A DNA stretch of 64,000 nucleotides from Octopus vulgaris (lineage: Eukaryota), in assembly GCA_951406725.2 (NCBI GenBank), contig OX597836.1, positions 23,188,001-23,252,000 on the forward strand. The letters run 5' to 3'. The position numbers and the translations under genes are program-made. Below, piece after piece: positions 60,201 to 64,000 of this stretch. The notes beneath the pieces are model-generated. The model made no database searches and had not been told where the DNA came from. It saw only the letters and a program-made list of their open reading frames with translations. Numbering within the stretch: position 1 is the first letter of the stretch; each line of letters starts with the position of its first letter.

Positions 60201-60506
60201 GTTGGCAAAAATGTGTTGTACCTGTAATACAGAGGGGAACCATTCTTGTCACATTCTGTTACGCTGAATCTCTCAGAGAACTGCATTAAGGGTACGCGTG
60301 TCTGTAGAATGCTCAGCCTCTTGCACGTTAATTTCACGAGCCGGCTGTTCTGTCGATCGGATTAACTGGAACCCTCGTCGTCGCAACCGACGGTGTACCA
60401 GTTTTTTTTTTATATATTCCTTTGTTGGTTAACTTATCGGTAAATGCTTTATATTCATTTGTCAGTCAACCTCAGGCGTGATAGCTTCATGTAAGACTCA
60501 TACTTC

Positions 60507-60736
60507 GGCGAGCTGGCAGAAACGTTAGCACGCCGAGCGAAATGCGTAGCCGTATTTCGTCTGCCGTTACGTTCTGAGTTCAAATTCCGCCGAGGTCGAC
60601 TTTGCATTTCATCCTTTCGGGGTCGATAAATTAAGTACCAGTTACGCACTGGGGTTCGATATAATCGAATTAATCCGTTTGTCTGTCCTTGTTTGTCCCC
60701 TCTGTGTTTAGCCCCTTGTGGGTAGTAAAGATATAG
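60507..60736 (+). mobile_element. SINE family B
   Basis: 16-bp TSD GTAAGACTCATACTTC. Confidence 0.9.
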
Positions 60737-61196
60737 GTAAGACTCATACTTCACCGAAGGGTTGTTAGTAACTTCGAGTATAAAGAAACATATTGTAATA
60801 AAGACACTAAAGTCTTAACAAAGTATGTCTCTAAATGCGGCCGACCTGATCGAATACGCCCATCCCTTGCTGTAACGTGGTTGATAATAGGAAAGGAAAA
60901 GGCTAGCTAACGAAACCATATGGAAATCAGAAGTCACAAATACAATGAAAGGAAAAAGTTGTGCAGATAAGATTATGACTCACCTCATTGCCAGTGTCTC
61001 GCACGACAATGGTGTTGTTAGGTGTGAACTTCTGTTCTGTGTAAAAAACCTTAACAGTTACATCAACTTCTGACACAGAAAACAGACAACCAGCGACTCA
61101 TCCACCTTCGAAAACTCCTCTTCTCTGTCAGGGGTTGCTACGCTCAAACTCCAAGGCTGTCACTCTCAACGTTGACACGAAGGAAAGGTTATAGAT

Positions 61197-61440
61197 AAAG
61201 CTCTACCTGCGACGATTTCATCTCAATCGAAGGAGAGGAGCTTTCTCCGTCCGGGTTGCGGATCCGTGGAACAAGCTGCCAGACGAGATGGTAAAGATGC
61301 CGACGACCGCTTTGTTCAAAGCCTCCCTTGACCTCAAGTGGCCTGAACTCTTTACATGAACACCACCCTGTACTTAACTCCATGTCCCCCTACATGGCCT
61401 TGCTATTTGCTTTTGAGCCAAATTAACTAACTAACTAACT
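61197..61440 (+). mobile_element. CR1 3' fragment with (CTAA)n tail, between ~170-bp direct repeats
   Basis: KLYLRRFHLNRRRGAFSVRVADPWNKLPDEMVKMPTTALFKASLDLKW...*; flanks 61027-61196 and 61437-61606. Confidence 0.85.
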
Positions 61441-61870
61441 TCTGTTCTGTGTAAAAAACCTTAACAATTACATCAACTTCTGACACAGAAAACAGACAAC
61501 CAGCGACTCATCCACCTTCGAAAACTCCTCTTCTCTGTCAGGGGTTGCTACGCTCAAACTCCAAGGTTGTCACTCTCAACGTTGACACGAAGGAAAGGTT
61601 ATAGATGTCTTGTAGGGAGGGAAAAAATTATAGAAATTTTGGAGCAGAGATGTGTGTACAAGAGGTAAGGATATGGGGCCTCAGTTAGACTCCTTAAAGG
61701 CAAGGAACAAAGGTACAAATCATTCAGGGCGGATATGAGCGCGCTGGAGTAAGGTGAGTAGACATATTGTTGGCAGAGAAATGGATAAAGTAACTGAGGT
61801 TGTCAGAATAAGTGACAAAATAATTCCACTCAGGCAACTCATGAGCACACAACAACAACAGCAGCAGCAG

Positions 61871-62250
61871 TGGAGGCGCAATGGCCCAGTAGCTAGGGCA
61901 GCGAACTCGCGGTCGGAGGATCGAGGTTTCGATTCCCAGACCGGGCGTGGTGTGTCTTTATTGAGCGAAAGCACCTAAAGCTCCACGAGGCTCCGGCAGG
62001 GGTGGTGGCGATCCCTGTTGTACTCTTTCGCTCCAACTTTCTCTCACTTTTTCTTCCTGTTTCTTGTCCCCGACTTCCTACGCAACCGCTGAGCCTGGAT
62101 GCGCATTCATCCATCCGTCGATGCTCTCGGTGTCGGGGGTTGACCTGCTTTCTCTTCTGCGGGTCTTACGAATAGCAAAGGACCACGTTTCGGACTTCTC
62201 CCACTAATGGGACGAAGACCGCTTCGCTCAACAAACAAACAAAACAAACA
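61871..62250 (+). mobile_element. tRNA-derived SINE of a distinct family
   Basis: A box TGGCCCAGTAG, B box GGTTTCGATTCCC, (AAAC)n tail; inserted in a CAG/CAA repeat (GCAGCAGCAG on both sides). Confidence 0.75.
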
Positions 62251-62594
62251 AAGCAGCAGCAGCAACAGCAACAACAACAACAACAATCTCTGATTATGAA
62301 CCAAAGCCAGAACCGGTAAAGTAGTAAAAGACCGTTTCAGTAAGGCTTCCTTGAAGACAACGTCAATACCGAATGGTAACAATTTTGCTTGTTTTTTGGT
62401 AAGAATTACCATTAAAGTTAAATATCTTCCCCTTTTTTACAGGTAGAATCTTAATTGAAATTAAATTTTCCCGCCCAATGCATTAAGTATATTAGCGCAG
62501 CCGTCCCAGACAACCAGATATGTTCTTCGTTAGTAAAGCATTCCTAGGAAAGTGTGTGTGTGCGCGCGCGTATCTGTGTGTATATATGCACACA

Positions 62595-62663
<69 letters not shown>

Positions 62664-62722
62664 CACACAAACTTACTTAGAAATGGATGCGTGGCGTTCA
62701 ATTGGATAATATAAATGATATA

Positions 62723-62817
<95 letters not shown>

Positions 62818-64000
62818 GTATATACATATATGTATATATATATATAGATACACACGCACACACACATATATAAGCAAAAATTTAGATTCAGATGAATTTG
62901 GTACTTAAGTTGAGGTACCCGAATTTACTACGGTACTATCTATACAGTTTCAAAATAAGGTGATTAAAATCAAAATAAGCAACTGGATATCCAGAGGCAA
63001 TACAGTACGATCGTTTCAAGCGACTCTATTTAATTGAACAATGCAACCATTAGATCAATTTAAATGCAGAGCAATCCGTATCTGCATAAATACGTAGAAT
63101 TAAATTAAATTAAAACAGATGGACACATTAGTATAATTTTACCTAAAACCTCCAAGAAGGTAAGGAGATAGACACAGGACGTCACCAACTGTGTAAACAT
63201 CATAAAGTACGAAAACAAACGAGTTAAATACGCAAACAACGTGAGAAAAAATGGACAACAGGACAAGTAACACAGAGAACGACCGTTCATCAGTTGTCGG
63301 CTGTCTATCTACTCCTCATTTCGAGCATTCAACGACAATATGAATCTTCGAAGACAGTTGTTCCCTTAAATTCCAAAATAAAATTTTGGATTTATTGAGA
63401 GTCAAAGTTGGGAACAAAAGCAGGACAGTGGAGACATACAAGGAAACCGAACAAAAACAAACATTGAGGGTCGTTAGACCAGAACGAGAGGAAAATAGTG
63501 AACGCAGGGAGAAATATTTTCTTTGAAGAGAGAAAAGATAGAAGAGAGAGAAATAAAAATGTCCAGTCCTTTGAACGTCGTGCAAGAAAAGAAAGATGGA
63601 CGATGGTCACGTGTGAGCAACGGGAGAGAGGAAAATAAAATGAGGGAGAGAGAGAACGTTGAAGGGGAGAAAACGGGAATTAGAGAAGGATGGGGAGAAA
63701 ACAATATAGACTTGATAGCAAACTGCAGCGAAATTGCCTTTAGAAGTTTAGTTCATTCTTTGGACTAAACAAAACAGGAGGAGGTACTGGGATGGAAGTG
63801 TCGCTGAAAAGGTCACAGGTGCGTAACGAAATATTTTCAGACAATGGACATAAAATAGTATAAGAACAATAATAAACGAGTGAAGAATGAATATACAGTG
63901 CGTGTGTTTATTTGGAAAGAAAAAAAAAGAGACCGTCCCGAAATATAACACACCGGGCGAAATGCTCAACGGTGTTTCGTCTGTCTTTACGTTTTCATTC

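Noticed and set aside
61871-61945. tRNA-like sequence (also the heads at 6740-6815 and 49244-49310)
   Set aside because: A/B boxes are present but there is no complete cloverleaf, and the sequence continues into a SINE body, so these are SINE heads.

Overview
Repeat-rich, AT-rich eukaryotic genomic DNA. The SINE/LINE families and the microsatellite load look like an octopus (coleoid cephalopod) genome; that assignment is recall, not a database result. Two intact six-exon genes lie in tandem on the minus strand, both reconstructed by hand from GT-AG boundaries. SDE2 (29180->20113, 412 aa) has a ubiquitin-like domain with the GG|KGGFGS cleavage motif and a C-terminal SAP-like domain. REC114 (13537->3498, 222 aa) is a meiotic DSB factor that has no entry of its own in the ORF track because every exon is under 60 codons. 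The left edge holds the 5' LTR, tRNA-Trp PBS and an open gag of a CsRn1-clade Gypsy element. The rest is CR1, RTE and Penelope remnants, a Gypsy/Ginger-type integrase pseudogene, a Helitron, several MITEs, at least three SINE families and many microsatellites. I found no supportable host gene between about 29.3 and 64 kb. Most notable: (i) a SINE that appears to build head-to-tail arrays by inserting into its own internal GGTA site; (ii) a SINE whose target-site duplication copied a REC114 splice donor; (iii) two hammerhead ribozymes with intact cores, one with a long structured stem II; (iv) a LINE/SINE pair sharing a 3' hairpin with compensatory changes; (v) a CR1 fragment inside a ~170-bp duplication.
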